From Camelus ferus (taxonomy: Eukaryota), in the NCBI RefSeq assembly GCF_009834535.1, contig NC_045697.1, positions 4,900,001 to 4,964,000 of the forward strand: a stretch of 64,000 nucleotides of DNA, written 5' to 3'. Within the stretch, counting starts at the first letter, position 1. Every line of letters begins with the position of its first letter. The notes below the pieces were generated by a model. That model ran no database searches. It was not told where the DNA came from and saw only the letters and a list, made by a program, of their open reading frames with translations. Below, one piece after another: positions 50,251-63,667 of the stretch. A program made the translations under genes and the position numbers.

Positions 50251-52593
50251 TCATCCATTCCTTCAATCACTCCTTCAACAAGAAACAATTAACTACCCCC
50301 CGGGACACGTCAGCTACATTTTTTTTCCCTGATGATGAACAAAGATGCGTCCTCGCTGCCTACGTCAGTCATTCCTTGACCCCCATGATCCCCGCCCACC
50401 TGCCCACCTTGGGCAACCCCGCCTGTGATCATCCGTTTCCTTAATCTTCTTATGTATGTTCATTTCAGGAGGTGGAGTTCAGTTTCCCAATCTGGTATTT
50501 CCACTTATTTTATTCTACACCCCTTCTTATGTCATTCCTAGCTTTTATAGAAATACATTTTTAACAATTCCATTTAAAGACGCCATTTCTGTCCCAGATC
50601 TACCCAATTCCCCATTCTGGCTCCCTGTTCCCCTGCAGCTGGGGTCAGCTGACCCCCAGGCCCGGCCCTGCTCCAGCTCGGGCTCCAGCCACTCTAGTCA
50701 GAAGCAATGTGGGACTCCCTGACTTCTCCCAGGTGGCCCTTCCCCCCCGGAGACCCAGCCCAGGACGCCAGACTTTTCAGGCAGTTCAGTCTCGTGATTG
50801 TAATGTCAACAGCTCTGAAGGGGCACAGAGAAAAAAGCCCAGTTCTGCTTGCTGACCTTGGACAAATTCTTTATTTCTTTGGGACTCAGTTCACCTTCCA
50901 TAAAGTCTGGGTAAGAAGTCCTCCCTCTTGGGAAATTAGGCAAATGAATAAAGCCCTTCACGTAGGGCCAGGTGAGGAGTGAGTCCTTGAGGGGATGTCC
51001 CCGCTCCTGCTGGGATGGGAACTGGGGAGGAGGGGGCTGGGCACAGCCCTGAGGACCAGCCAGCCTTGCCACTGAGTCCTACATCCTCACCTTTCACCTG
51101 TGTGGCTTTGAGGAAGACGTAGAACCTCTCTCTGCCTCAGTTTCCCCAGCTGTGTAAAACGCAGCAGGCTCAGAGCACTGATGAGTGTTAACTGAGTACC
51201 TGTGAAGCTTCTGGCACAGGTCCTGCCTGGTCCCTGGCAGGCCTGCAATGACTGGCCATTCCCTCTGCGGCCCTGCAGTCCCAGCCGTCTCCCGTCGGAG
51301 CCCTGGTCTTAAACTCCAACTGAGAAGCGAGGGTCTTGCTACCTGCAATCAAACTTGCCTTGGCCAGCCTGCCCCACCCCCGGACATGAGCCAGTCCTGT
51401 CACGGCCGTGGCAGGAGGAAGAAGGAGGGCTTTGCAGACAGAACTGGGGCGCGGCCTGGCTGCTCCGCTCACCACCACGTCACCCCGTCTCTCTGGGCCA
51501 TAGTTTCCATAACTGGAAAATAAGAGAAGTTCTGCAAGCGTACAGCTCTTAGGCCAGGCCCTGCCCTGGGGGCACCACCAGCTGTTAACCGCGGTGATTA
51601 TTATTGCTGTTTACTTCGTGGGCTGCTGGGGGCAGCACTACGTCCTTTCCCCTTTCCTTTCTTCACCACGGAGAGGGGTCCCAGCAGAACGGCCCCCACG
51701 GGTGTGTCAGAAACGACAGCCGCCTGCCTGCGCTGGGCTCCCCCCAACACCAACCTCTGCAACTCAGCTGGTGTTCCCCTTTCCCCCGGGGGCACATCTG
51801 TTCCCCACCACTCACCCTCTCCCGATGAACAGGTCAGATTTCAGGCCCCTGTCTTTCCTGGCCTGATTTATCTGCCATTCATTCATTCATTCATTCATTC
51901 ATTCCACCTCAGGCTCCAGGTCCAGACTGACTGAGGTCAAGTCCTGGCTCGGCCAGTTTCTCCCTGAGTACTGGTGGGTGGTCACCCACCCCAACACTGT
52001 TCAGCTAAGCTGAGAATACTAACAGGACCCCCTTCCCTGCTGTGGGGCTTATACTGAGGAGTCTTGGAACATGCTCAACCCTGTTGACTATTATCCTCAG
52101 TTCATCCAGACCCATGTGACAAGCACACACCGAGGGCTTCGAGTGGCTTCTAGGGTCACCCATTGCTCTAGGGTCTCTCTCAGCCCACGCTGCATGGCCC
52201 CTGTTCTCTGCAGCTCTCCGGCAGATGGCAGGTACATTGTAACAGAATGGCACTGGCTGCTAACGTAGACCCGGGCGCCTGTCCTGGGGAACCAGCGAGG
52301 CTGTGATTCACTGCAGGGAAGGAGCCAGAGGGGCTGCCCAGGAAGGTCCCCAGAGGAGGCAGCATCTGAGCTCGCTCCTCATCCAGAAGGCAGCTACCAA
52401 GACCCTCCCCTGGACCGGCCTGCTGTGTTTTATGCTGAGTCTGGAAAGAGGTGGAGGAGATTTCCAAGCGGACAAGGAGGGCGTCCTTGGAAGGAGAAGC
52501 AGTGTGTGCAAAGATATGGAGGGCAGAAGCAGCGCAGCCAGAGGGGACAACTGTCAGCATCTGGGTGTGGCTGGGTGTGGGCCCAGTGCACGC

Positions 52594-52599
52594 GTGTGT

Positions 52600-52634
<35 letters not shown>
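52594..52634. repeat. (GT)n microsatellite with one interruption
   Basis: Read directly from the sequence. Confidence 0.95.
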
Positions 52635-52636
<2 letters not shown>

Positions 52637-53197
52637 GAGTGGAGCGAGAGAGGGGCAGCAGGGGATGGCTGCAAACGCAGGTAGCTGTCCTAAAAGATAA
52701 TGCCACGTGTTGGCTCCACGTGTCCCCCAGGACATCTGCACACAGCCTTGGGGAGGCTGAGACGAGGTAGGGGGAAGAATTCATTAGACAGTTTGCACCA
52801 AGATCCCTGGGCTTCATCAGTCTGCCCTGAGCTTGGCAGACGAGCACACGGAGAACGCAAGCATCTCTCTCTGCACATCCAGAGTGTGCATTCCGCATGA
52901 AGTCAGCGAAGGGAACTGAGAACAGCCCTCCAGTGGGTTTGTTAACACAGCAATGGCCCAGGTGGTATTTACTGAGGCTCACAGTGTGTCAGGCCCTGTT
53001 TGGAGCCTCTGGAAGCCCCTGGGCAGTTGCTCCTCCCAAGATCCGTGAGGGGACCCCATCTTCTCCCCAGTTAACAGGCGACGAGCCTGCTCCTGGAGCC
53101 TGTGCGCCGGGGATCCCAGAGGCAGCGGAGGGGACCCAGCCTCCAGCTGCTGCAGGCCTCCTAGGACGCAGCCCTGGTTTATTACACGTGTCTTTGT

Positions 53198-53375
53198 ACA
53201 GAGGGGATACTTGGCAATGTCTGGAGACACTTTTGGTGTCACAAATGGGAAGTGCTCCTGTCACCTCGTGGGCAGAGTCCTGGGATGCTGCTTAACAGCC
53301 TCGATGCACAGGACAGCACCCATCACAATGAAATGCCCGGCCCTGACGCCCGCAGAGCACCCGTGAGGGGCCCTG
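53198..53375. mobile_element. Partial MER20
   Basis: ttggcaatgtctggagacacttttggtgtcacaa...gggatgctgcttaaca...tgcacaggacagc. Confidence 0.75.
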
Positions 53376-53929
53376 CTCCGGCCTGAAAGCTCCCTGACAA
53401 CTGGTGCTGTGACTTTTCACTACCAGGGATTCACCGGGTACTGTGCACAGCGTCTGCATATGCACATGCTCCGCGAGCACAGGCTGCACGGGCGACACAC
53501 CCCGCACAGAGAGCCCACAGCTGGCCAGGCAGAGCCCCCGAACTCCTACAGTGGGAAGAGGGGAAAGGGCCGTAGCTGAGCAGCCACTATGTCACAGCCT
53601 TGGGCACCCGTCTCCACACAGCTGTCCAAGGGGCTGTGAGGAGGCAGGGAGCCCCCTGAGGCGGACAGAGGCAGCTCTGGGTTGGGGACTCGGAGAAGGC
53701 AGGCTTCCCCTGGTCAGAAATATGCACTGGGGTCACAGCACAGAGGTGGCGGCGCTGGACTGTAGCCCAGGACTTCTGTCCCACTGATCGCTCCTCCTTC
53801 AGTGCATTCTGCAGACTCCCGGGGAAATGCAAGACCAGCGCCCGCCCCAGCCCCCAGCTCCCCTGCCCCCGCCCCAGACCTGTTTCCCACGGGGTTTCAC
53901 CTCCCCGCAGACAACAGTCCGGTGTTTGG

Positions 53930-54425
53930 AGGACATAGTCTGAAACCCTTATTCCGGCCTCTGGAAGCCTCCAGGGTACGGGCTGTGGCCCCTCCCACCC
54001 TCATTCCCTATTATTTTCTCTCTATTTTATTCAGCTCCTGCCATAAAACCTTTTCACTGTTCCTTGAAACCCAAGCTTTGGCTGCCCTGAGGCGGCATGT
54101 AATCTTGCTGTTCCCTCTGCCTGGAAGGCTCGGTCCCGTCCCCGTCCCCGTAAGCCTGGTTCCCTCGCCAAGTTCAGATCTCTGCCAACTCTGCCTCAGA
54201 GCAGCCCTTGCCTCTTCAGCCTTCATCCTGGTCTCGTTTGTCTTAGTTCTTCTGTGCATGGTAATCACCCACATCACTACCTGGAGTCAGGTTATACACT
54301 TACTGGTGGCCCAATGTCTTTCTCTACTGGACAGTTGGCTCCATGAAAGCAGGGCTCACTCTGCTCCTGCCAGCCCCTCTCCCTCCGGGGCCTGGACCTG
54401 TGTGCATCATGGATGTGATTCAGTA
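53930..54425 (+). mobile_element. Degenerate L2 3' fragment
   Basis: cttgctgttccctctgcctggaa...ctctactggacagttggctccatgaaagcagggc. Confidence 0.6.
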
Positions 54426-54657
54426 AGAGATGGGAGGTTCTGTGCCCACGAGGACCTGCTCCAGGGAGAGAAGCTGCCCAGCTGGACATCAGAAATCAGG
54501 TTCAAATCCATCTTGAATCTCAGTGAAACTCATCCCTCTGGTGCTCAAGTGACCATGACCAGTAAGGGCCCCACTGGCCAGCTTGTAGGCTTTTCCTGCA
54601 CGCGCAGGTGGGGGACCCTGCAGAGGGCAGCATGCCACCGGACGGGACCTCACTCAC

Positions 54658-54783
54658 ATTGGGCACAAAGCCAGGTGTCAGCGCCTTCTCAAACACCGCA
54701 TCCCAGTTCATGTTGGCCAAGTAGGGTGTGCTCTGGACGTCACCGAGACTGGACAGGCGGCTCTCGGGGTCCTTGGTCAGGAG
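54658..54783 (-). CDS. STK32B: STK32B coding exon (exon 9 equivalent, subdomain XI)
   Basis: Acceptor tttgcctgcag|CTC, donor AAT|gtgagt. 126 nt reading [42 protein letters not shown]. Confidence 0.96.
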
Positions 54784-56329
54784 CTGCAGGCAAAGGGCAA
54801 ACGTGTTAGCTTGGGCGGTGCACCCCCTCCCCGAGGTTAGCGGGGACTCGTGGGAAAATGAAGGTGCCCCTACTTTTCACGTTCCATTAATGTCATGCCC
54901 TGTCTGGGCTGCTGTGGTTGGAAGCGTCACCTACACCCATCTCTGTACAGCCAGGAACTGAGGGGTCAGGCTGCTTGCCCAAGGTCATCCAGCCAGGGGC
55001 TCTTAGGCAGGGACCAGATTTTCAACCACTGTGCTCCCTTCAGGGACTCACACCCTGTGACATGTCACCTCTCACTGATGTCTGCAGAGGCTTCCAATTA
55101 AAAATAAAAAGAATTAGCCACCTTGTTTTAGGACTTTCAGCTCGGTAACGGGATACACAAAAGCATTATCAAATTTATCCCTGAACAGCTCTGAGGTGAC
55201 CTCTGCAGCCTGATGGAGTGGCCCTCATTTGTAGCCAAGGGGACAATTTTAGCCTCTCCTCAAATAGAGTTTCTGCTAACAACGGGTGATGCTGGTAAGA
55301 ACACAAACAGCTATACAATATTCTCCTGCATCCAGAGGGGATTATCCGGTGCAAAGAACACCTGGGCTAAAGATGAAAGCTGGGGTCCAGCCCTGGGACG
55401 GCCACTTGGTAGCCAGGTGAGTGGCTGCTCTGCGCGCCTCCTCCTCGGAAAGCCGGAAGAGTAAAGGTAACTCTTCCACCTCCAGCTCATGACTCGGACG
55501 AGACCCGACGGGGACTGGTCAGCACCCGCCATGTGGTAAGGCAGGATGCCACACCCAGCTGCTGGCAGGTGCGGGCCAGCATCAGGACCCCCTACCAGTC
55601 TTCTCCCTCCTATCACTGCAGCCAGGGGGCTGGAGTCACACCACGTGAGGGACACCGGGCAGGGTCCCACCTGCTGATGATCCTGGTGGCCTCTCTCTAG
55701 GGGCTGCCCCAGGATGACAGATGCAGATTCAGAGATGCCACCTCAGTGCCCTGGGCAGGGTGGGGGGTTTCACCTTTCAGGGCAGCAGCTAGTTCCCTGA
55801 CTCTCTGGGTGAGCGGGAGGGGAAGGTGTTAGCATGTGTAGGGACTCCAGATGATTCCATTAGCAGCTGGAGTTCAGGACCACTGACGGCCAAAACCCAA
55901 GCGCTGAAACTCCTCTATAGCAATTTAACTCAGGAGTAATCCCACAAGTCATCCACAGTGGTACAGGGATTAAGAGCTGACATCCGCAGTGTGGAGAGCT
56001 AGGATTCAGTTCCTCCCCTGCCCTCTAACAGCCCAGTGTTCTAAGCCGCAGCGTTCTCATCTCTGCTATGGGGGTAATGACATCCCTCCGCTCGCAGGGC
56101 TTACTGAGTGAGCAGAGCCGCCGCGTGGCCCGGAACTTAACGTTCCCCCAACCAGTGCTGGCGGCTGTCATTCTTTTATTAAAGGTGACTGGTGCCAACC
56201 ACATGCAAGGCTCAACCCTGTGTCTTGAAAGGTTCCGAGCGAGTTTAGCTGAACACCAGCCTCAGAAGGAGGGCGCCACGACCCATGGCCTGTGGGAACT
56301 CCAGCCCGCCCTAGGACCTAGGACCACCC

Positions 56330-56468
56330 GGAGAGCTTATCAGAACACAGACAAGCGGCCCGCCCCAGTTTGTAATTCAGAAGGTCTGCAGATTCCAGAT
56401 GAGGATCTGCATTTCTGATAAGCTCCCAGGTGATGCTGGTCCAGGAACCACACTTGGAGAACTTCTGC
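56330..56468. mobile_element. MER5A-like hAT relic
   Basis: tctgcatttctgataagctcccaggtgatgctggtccaggaaccacacttggagaac. Confidence 0.7.
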
Positions 56469-56858
56469 TTTATTCTAACAGCAATAGTTCCTGGAAAAAG
56501 TCAGGAGATGCCCAATTTCTTAAAGCTCAGTGAGTTAAAAGACTATAAAATTTTTAAGGAACCACGTGCATTAAGTATTTCTAATTATTCAGAGCTTGGA
56601 GCAGAGTGAAAAGAGCCTGAGGGCTTTGTCACCGACAGGACGCCACGCCACACCCCACTGTCCAGCAGGGGCTTTGCGGCCTTCCTGCGAGACGGTGAGA
56701 GCAGACGATGAGGCGATGAGGCGCCAGAGCCCTGCTTCCTTTATCATTTCCACCACTGTCACGCCATTCGTCCTCTCACTCCTTAATTCGCTGGTGTGCC
56801 TGTTTCTGCACCCGGGGACCAGCTCCCTGGCCGGGTGGGCTGGCGGCTGCCCTCTTAC

Positions 56859-56975
56859 CTTCTTCAGCAGGGCGACCATGCCCTTGCACCACGTGGACGA
56901 GTAGTGGACACGCTCCACCTTGAACATGTTGAGGACCTCGTCGATGGGCGTGGCCGAGTGGATTTCATACGGTCT
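56859..56975 (-). CDS. STK32B: STK32B coding exon (exon 8 equivalent)
   Basis: Acceptor ttgcag|AGA, donor AAG|gtaaga. 117 nt reading [39 protein letters not shown]. Confidence 0.96.
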
Positions 56976-58664
56976 CTGCAACCCAAGGACAACAGGTGGT
57001 ATCAGAGAGAGCGTGCGCAAGTGGAAGAGGCCGCCGACGTGGTTAAAGCTGTCATTACCCGGCATGATTTGTTCTTCCCCTTCAGGTAACAGGGGTGTTC
57101 CTCTTACATGGCTGATCCCTCCGGCCCCAGGAGGGTAGGTGACCTGGCAAGGTCACACAGGCTGTAACCGGCGGAGACAGGACCCACACCCTCAGCCTAG
57201 CCCGAGTCCCCACTCCACGCCCAGGCTCTCACCATCCACAGCCCCCCACCTACCGGCGGGCCTTAGCTGTACCTTCCCTGCCGGGGCCGGGCCGAGGCAG
57301 CCAGGAGTGAGCAGGGCCGGGTCGGGGGAAGGGCGTGGGGAGGCTGGGTCTCTTCCTCCTGCCATCCCCTCTCCCCTCCGGGGAGGATGCATAAGCCCTG
57401 AAGCCCTGTTCTCTCCCAGTTCCCCAGCTCGGTACAATTCCCCAGCTTGGCAGAGCATTAAACCTTCTGAAGAGTTCTCCTGACATTGCCTCGGGCAGTT
57501 TCTTGCTTGTAAGCACCTCTCAAAGCTCCGGAAGACTTTCTTGACCGGGACCCTGGGGAAGAGGCTTGGACAGTGTCTGCACGTCGCCTCACTCCCTCCG
57601 ACACTCCCTCCCCCCCCAGAACACCTGGCTGCGTGGTCCGAGATGCTCTCAGGTTTGCACCGTGGTCACACGACTCAGGGCGAAGGCAGGAAGTTGTTTC
57701 CTAAGCAAGTGTGTTTCAACAATAAACTGATCCTGGAGAAATCTGGAGGACTGAGCTCACTGTTAACCCACATGAACTTACTCTCTGGTGTGGAATTCCT
57801 ACTGGGGACCCCTGAAAGGTGGGACTATATCACCCCACCTCTGTGTTCTCAGGACCCCGAGCAGTGTCTGCCATCCAGCAGGTCCCAGAGCACAACAGTG
57901 ACACGGATGATGGCCAGTCCACCCACAGCTGTTGACTGAACGCTGACCATGAGCCTAGACGCCATCTGGGCTCCCGCGGTGTGTAAGGTGCCAGCTCCAA
58001 CCTCATGGAACCTGGACTCCCACGGGGCTGCTGTGAAGAGGAGGGGCCAACCCAGGGAGGTGAGGCAGTTTTGAGCCCTGGGTGGGCTACGATTCCCAGG
58101 AATGAAGGAGCATCTTTATCTGTACCCGGGGCCACCACCCACCCCCTGGGCCCACGGAAGATGCCCGCCCACACGGGTGTGTCTGTGCCTCCCGAAAGGG
58201 GCCTTTTCCTGAGGGGCAGTTCCTCCCTCATCTGTTAATTGAATCGGGCATCCCCCTTCTGCCCAACATGCAAACCCCAAAACTGTGGGCTCCCTAGAAA
58301 GTCCAATTAGCTTGATACGCTAACATGCTTTAACGATTTCTGCAAACATCTTTTCATTTAATGAGAAGTGGAGTATGGTTTCAGTTTTAAAATGTTCAAA
58401 TTTCCGCCCAGAGCTGCTGCCTGCTTTTGTATGTGCGAGATCCCTTCGCATTCCACCAGTAACAACAACCGTGACCAGAAATCAGAGTGAACGTGCATTG
58501 ACAGTGCTTAGCGCGAGGCCCAGAGCTCCCGCGTCTTCCTCAGTTCGCTACCATGAGTACGACTTTACAGAAGACGAACCGGCGCCCCAGAACTGGGATG
58601 TGGTTGTGGTAGCACCGAGATGAAAGCTCAGGCAGCGTGAACCCCCAGCCCGCCCGACCACTAC

Positions 58665-59055
58665 CGTCATGGGCGTATCATCTCCCCCAAATTCGTGTGA
58701 ACCCCAGCACCTCCAAATGTGACCTTACTTGGAGACTAGAGTGTTTACAGAAGTAATCAAGTCAACATGAGGTCACGAGGGTGGGTCCTGATCCAGTGTG
58801 ACTGCGGTGCTTATCAACAGGGGAAACCTAAAATGGGGACCGAGGACATAAGGGAGATATGTAGAGGGGACACCCCACAAAGAGACACAGGGGGAAGATG
58901 GCCGTCCACACGCAGAGACAGCCTTCAGAAGGAGTCGACCCTTGGACAGCTTGACCTTGGACTTCCAGCCCTCAGAACCGTGAGAGAACAAGTTTCTGTT
59001 GTTCAGCCACCCGGGCTGTCGCATTTTGTCTCAGCAGCCCCAGCAGGCTCCTACA
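58665..59055 (+). mobile_element. MLT1A/B-like solo LTR
   Basis: cccccaaattc...atgtgaccttacttggaga...ttggacttccagccctcagaaccgtgagagaacaagtttctgttgtt. Confidence 0.8.
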
Positions 59056-59498
59056 ACCCCCCCCCCCCCCCCCCGTGCCAGTCCACACAGAGTTCTGATC
59101 AGAGGTGTCTGATTCCCACGTCGCTCCTGGGATGTGCTAGTGCCCTCTGTAGACTGCGCCCCCGGTGCGAGCAAGACAGCAGAGGCCCTGCCCACCTGGG
59201 CTCGCTGCCTTGAGGGAGACAGCAGTACTAGAGGCTTCGGGTGCGGGCTGGGTGCTGGGAGGCACTGTCGGGGGTTTAGGGCGCAGCGCAGGGGAGGATG
59301 CTGGGTACCAGGGCTTGGCCAGCACCTGAAGACAAGCCGGGGGCTGAGACGTAGGTGTCTGAACCATTCAGGATTGCTTCTTATCATCTTTTTGCCTCTC
59401 AAAAGGCCATTTCTCTGACTCCCATCCCAGCCCCGCCCTGGAACACAGCGACCACAGGTGGAGGGCTGTTGGGAGATGACGCAGGCTCACCTATCTAA

Positions 59499-59665
59499 TT
59501 TGTTTGTTTGTTTGTTTATTTGTTTATTTATAAGTCTATTTTTATTATTTTGGGGGGAGGTAATTAGGTTCATTTATTTATGTTTGGAGGGAGCATTGGG
59601 GCTTGAACCCAGGACCTCGTGCACTGCTAAGTACGCACTCTACCGCTTGAGCTATCCCTTCCCCC
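59499..59665 (-). mobile_element. vic-1-type tRNA-derived SINE (long-tailed form)
   Basis: Minus strand GGGGGAAGGGATAGCTCAAGCGGTAGAG...GGGTTCAAGCCCC, then AACCTAATTACCTCCCCCC and an (AAAC/AAAT)n tail. Confidence 0.85.
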
Positions 59666-61591
59666 TTCAGCTTTTCATTTTAAAGTTTGGGAAACTGAGG
59701 CTGGGAGATGAAAAGCGACTTTCCCAACGTCCCACCAAGACCCAGATTCTCCTCCTCTGCCCTTCCTACCAGAGCCCGGGAACCCAAGCACCCCACTGGA
59801 GAACCAGCTAGCTACACGTGTGAAGACGTTTATCATTTCTGTCTCATTCTCTGTTTCCTTCTTGGTTACTTCCAGGCATCCGTGAATTCTGCTTTCCCAT
59901 CAGACCCTCGCATCACTCTCTGCCTCTCTGTAGTTCCCTCCAGAGGTGGAGAGAACCAGACTAATAAAAATAACCACGACGATGATAATGGTAACTATAA
60001 TAAGCCATGAGGCCGACGGAGCCCTAATCCATTTGGAAATGGACTTGGAACACTATGGTTAAAACCAGCCCTGCCCCTTTAGGCTCCAGGCTCAGCCTTG
60101 ACCTCTGTGGGTGGCTGTGGAGAAACCCAGGTCCTTCTACAAGAACACCGGCAAATGTGAAGATCGATGCTCCATCTGCTTGTGGTAGAGAACTCTGCTG
60201 ATGCTTACTTCTCACTGACTGGCCTTAGGATGTGTTGACTCAGAAAACCGAGCGATACTCATGAGGCAAAGAGACTACACGTCCTGCGGTGAAAGCGGCT
60301 TCGGCAGCAGGGCAGCGGGCGCACCCATTACGCGCTGCGGGCGTCTCACTATTCCGGGAAACTCAGTTTACAGAACAATTGCCAATTTACCAAGAAATAG
60401 AAGAAAGAGGACAAGGACTGCCACAGACCTGTACTTTTAACTGTTAGAGCTGAGCTGGGCCTGGGGGACCATCTCACCCAGTGTTTTTTCTCCCCAAATC
60501 ATTTTCCCCAAATCCCAAACACAGAATGGATGAAAGGGAAGAGCAGGTCCTCAGGCTATTTAAACCCCCAAAGTCTGGAGAAGTATTTCTTCCCCATGAA
60601 TCACCCCCTGCAGGGTCCTGAAGTTTCAAGAAACATGGCTTGAAAAATTGAAAACCCTTCCCAAATGCAGACAGCCAATCTGGAGGAATGAAATCACAGA
60701 GTTCACGTCCATCCTGGTTTCTGACTCCTGGCACAGTGTTCTACCAAAGATAAGCAGACAGTGCTCAACCCCAAGGCCACTCCTCTCCCTTGGCTGGGCT
60801 GATACACAGACTCCTTGTCCCGTGGTTGAGCCCGCCACCGGGCATATGAATCCAGCGCCCTTAGTTCTGCCCTCCGCCTCCAGGAGCTCTGGACACCTTC
60901 CCTCTACTACCCACCGGCCTCTCCACGCCCCCACCTCCTCTGTCTGCCCAGCCCTAAGGACAGGCGTTGACTGGGGTCAAAGACAAGGGTGACACCAGGT
61001 GCGGGAGGTGGCTGGGGAGATGCAGAGGCGGTAGAAGTCCTGATGGCACCATCTTTCTGTTAAAATAAAACTGTGAGTTATTAGTTGCCAAATAGCCCTG
61101 TTAGTCATCTTCGGCTATTAAATTTAAATGAAACAAAACAAAATTATGTCGTACTGAATGCCCCATTTTTATAGGACACTGAGCTACGTACTGGAGGAAG
61201 ACTGGAACAAAACCCAAACCAAACAAAAAAAAGAAAAAACCAGCTGGAAAGTCACACACGGGTGCACTGTGCTGTGGGTGGGAAAGAGGTCAGCGTCTGA
61301 ATTCACAGGACCAAGGGGCCTTGGGTGTTTGAGCTGCCACTGATCGGCTGCTGGGCTTTGTTCCAGACCCTTCCTCTCCAGACATCCCTTTCCCCACGAA
61401 TAGAATGAGGGCTGGATCGGAAGCTTGCTAAGACCTTCCTAATGCTCAGGACTTTGGACCTGGCACACAGGCAATCAGGACTGACATCTGGGCTCCTGTC
61501 CGGACACGGTGCGCGGACCCAGAGGCGAGGCCGGCTGACTCCACCCACGCCTGGTAGGACCTGAGCCCCGCCCCCACAGCCCCGGCGTTCA

Positions 61592-61741
<150 letters not shown>

Positions 61742-62214
61742 TCACTGTACACCTCACTTTCCATTCACTGCCCATTGGAGAGAGGATACGGGGCCTGGGA
61801 CCCCGCATTTTGGATGGCAAGGCCAGTATTCCGTCCACTATGCCATGTGGTTCCTGCCCTCCGTAAGCCACGAGCCAGCTGAGAACAAGATGCAGGCATG
61901 AGAGGAGACACCGGTGTGACACCTGGGGCAGAATGCAGAGCATCCCGAGGAGGGTTCCACGGGGAGAGTCAGGGAAAGCCCAGGAGGACGTGGGTTTGCT
62001 GGACCGTGAGTCACGGTCAGCAGAGGGTAGGTAACATCTGAGTTAAGATGAAGAAACTGCGCCCCTAAGGGGTTTAGAAACTTGACAAATGTCCCTCTGG
62101 CTCTGGTACCGACATGGGATCAGACGTCCTGACAGCCAGGATGGTTAGAGCCCTCTGTGCCTGGCGCCTGACTCAGAAACAACCTTATTTTAGCCCAGGT
62201 GGCACCTAATAGGA

Positions 62215-62445
62215 AACACCCAGAATAAGAAATTCCACAGAGACAGAAGGCGGGTCAGGGCTGCCAGGCCTGGGGGAGGAGGGGATGGGGAGTGACTGCT
62301 CACTCGGGTTCCCCTCGGTGATGAAAATGCTCTGGAACTCGACAGAGGTGGTGGTGACACAACACTATGAATGCACTAGAGCCACTGTGTTCATTTCAGA
62401 ACAGTTCATTTTACATTATGTGAATTCCATCTCAATTATAAAACA
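62215..62445 (+). mobile_element. L1MB-like 3' end
   Basis: ccacagagacagaa...ggggagtgactgct...ggtgatgaaaatgctctggaact...tatgtgaattccatctcaat. Confidence 0.75.
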
Positions 62446-63667
62446 AATGGAGGGTAGAGGCCAGGGTGTGGTGGACACTCCCACTTCAAGGGACCGCCGT
62501 TGTCCTGGGGGTCTCCTGGCCCTGCCGCATCCTAAGCTGCTGGGTGGTGGTTCATCTCACTGCCTCAGCCCCAACTCCTCAGGCAGGAGCGCATCCCAGG
62601 CTCTGATTGCTCACACTGGCTTCCAGGAAAGTTTTGGGAAATGTGCTTAATTTCTAGCAAGTTAATTTGTAGACATACTTCCCTTTCACAGGCGTCAGAG
62701 CAGCCAAACTGCCTCAGAGAACCAGGACACGTTGTGATTAAAGATGTCTTGACTCAGTTTTCAGACAAGCATTCGGATGGCATGGGAGCAGGAAGGGTCA
62801 GACAAGGCTGATGAGGGTGGACGTGGATGCTCGAATCTGGACTCTGGATTGGCACCTGGACACTTGAATCCAACGGATGGCCAGATCTCAGCTGCCCTCC
62901 AGCGACCCTCTCCACTGCCTTTGTATTTTATAGCACATTCACCCGAGGGTTCTCCTTTCCTCTTCTCAACAACCTCAGGGTCATATTTTCATTGGACCCA
63001 TTTCACTGAAGAGGTTCAGAGAGGGACAGCAGTGTCCAGGAAGTCACACAGCAGGGAGGAGCAAGGCTGAGGTTTGCCTTACACACTGGCCGAACCCCAA
63101 GGTGAAATAGGTTCGTAGCAACATTTAAGTGCAAAAACATCCTCAGTCTACATCAGGGGGACGTTGGGACTGGGAGTTGGAGGAAATATTTCTTTGGATT
63201 ATTTGAATCTCACAAAGAAAGCAAGATGTTGTGCTGGGAACCAGGAAGGTCAGTGTGGCCAAAGCTGAGTGAACAAGCCTCTTTGCCTCAGTTTTGTAAA
63301 ATGTGAGCAATAGTAACAGTTTATTCACAGGGTTCTTATGAGGATGAAGGAAAAAATGCATGCTGAGCGCTAAGCCCGGTGCCTGGCTGGTCCACAGTGA
63401 ATGCTCCAGAAATCTTGGGCCTGGTTTTAGTAGCAGAATTATCATTCAAACCTCACCTTCTTAGCATACTTGGCCTCCCCACGGTCCACCCAGGCAGCCT
63501 AGGCATCAGCCAAACTTCATCCTTCTCAGCCTCCTGACCTGTCAGTCTCCAGACCCGCTGAGTTTCGCATTTCCAACACCTTTTTGTCCATTTCTTCCCA
63601 TCCATCCTAGATCAACCTGAATTCAAGGGTGGTGAGCGTACCTGTTCATTAAACACCCGGTGAGCAA

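Noticed and set aside
53802..54809. Longest ORF in the track (335 aa, + strand)
   Set aside because: Starts at GTG, runs through an L2 relic and antisense to an STK32B exon, and has no recognisable domain.
56589..57065. 158-aa ORF as a standalone kinase fragment or alternative start
   Set aside because: Only the central 39 codons match STK32B and they are bounded by canonical splice sites. The flanks look like open intron sequence.
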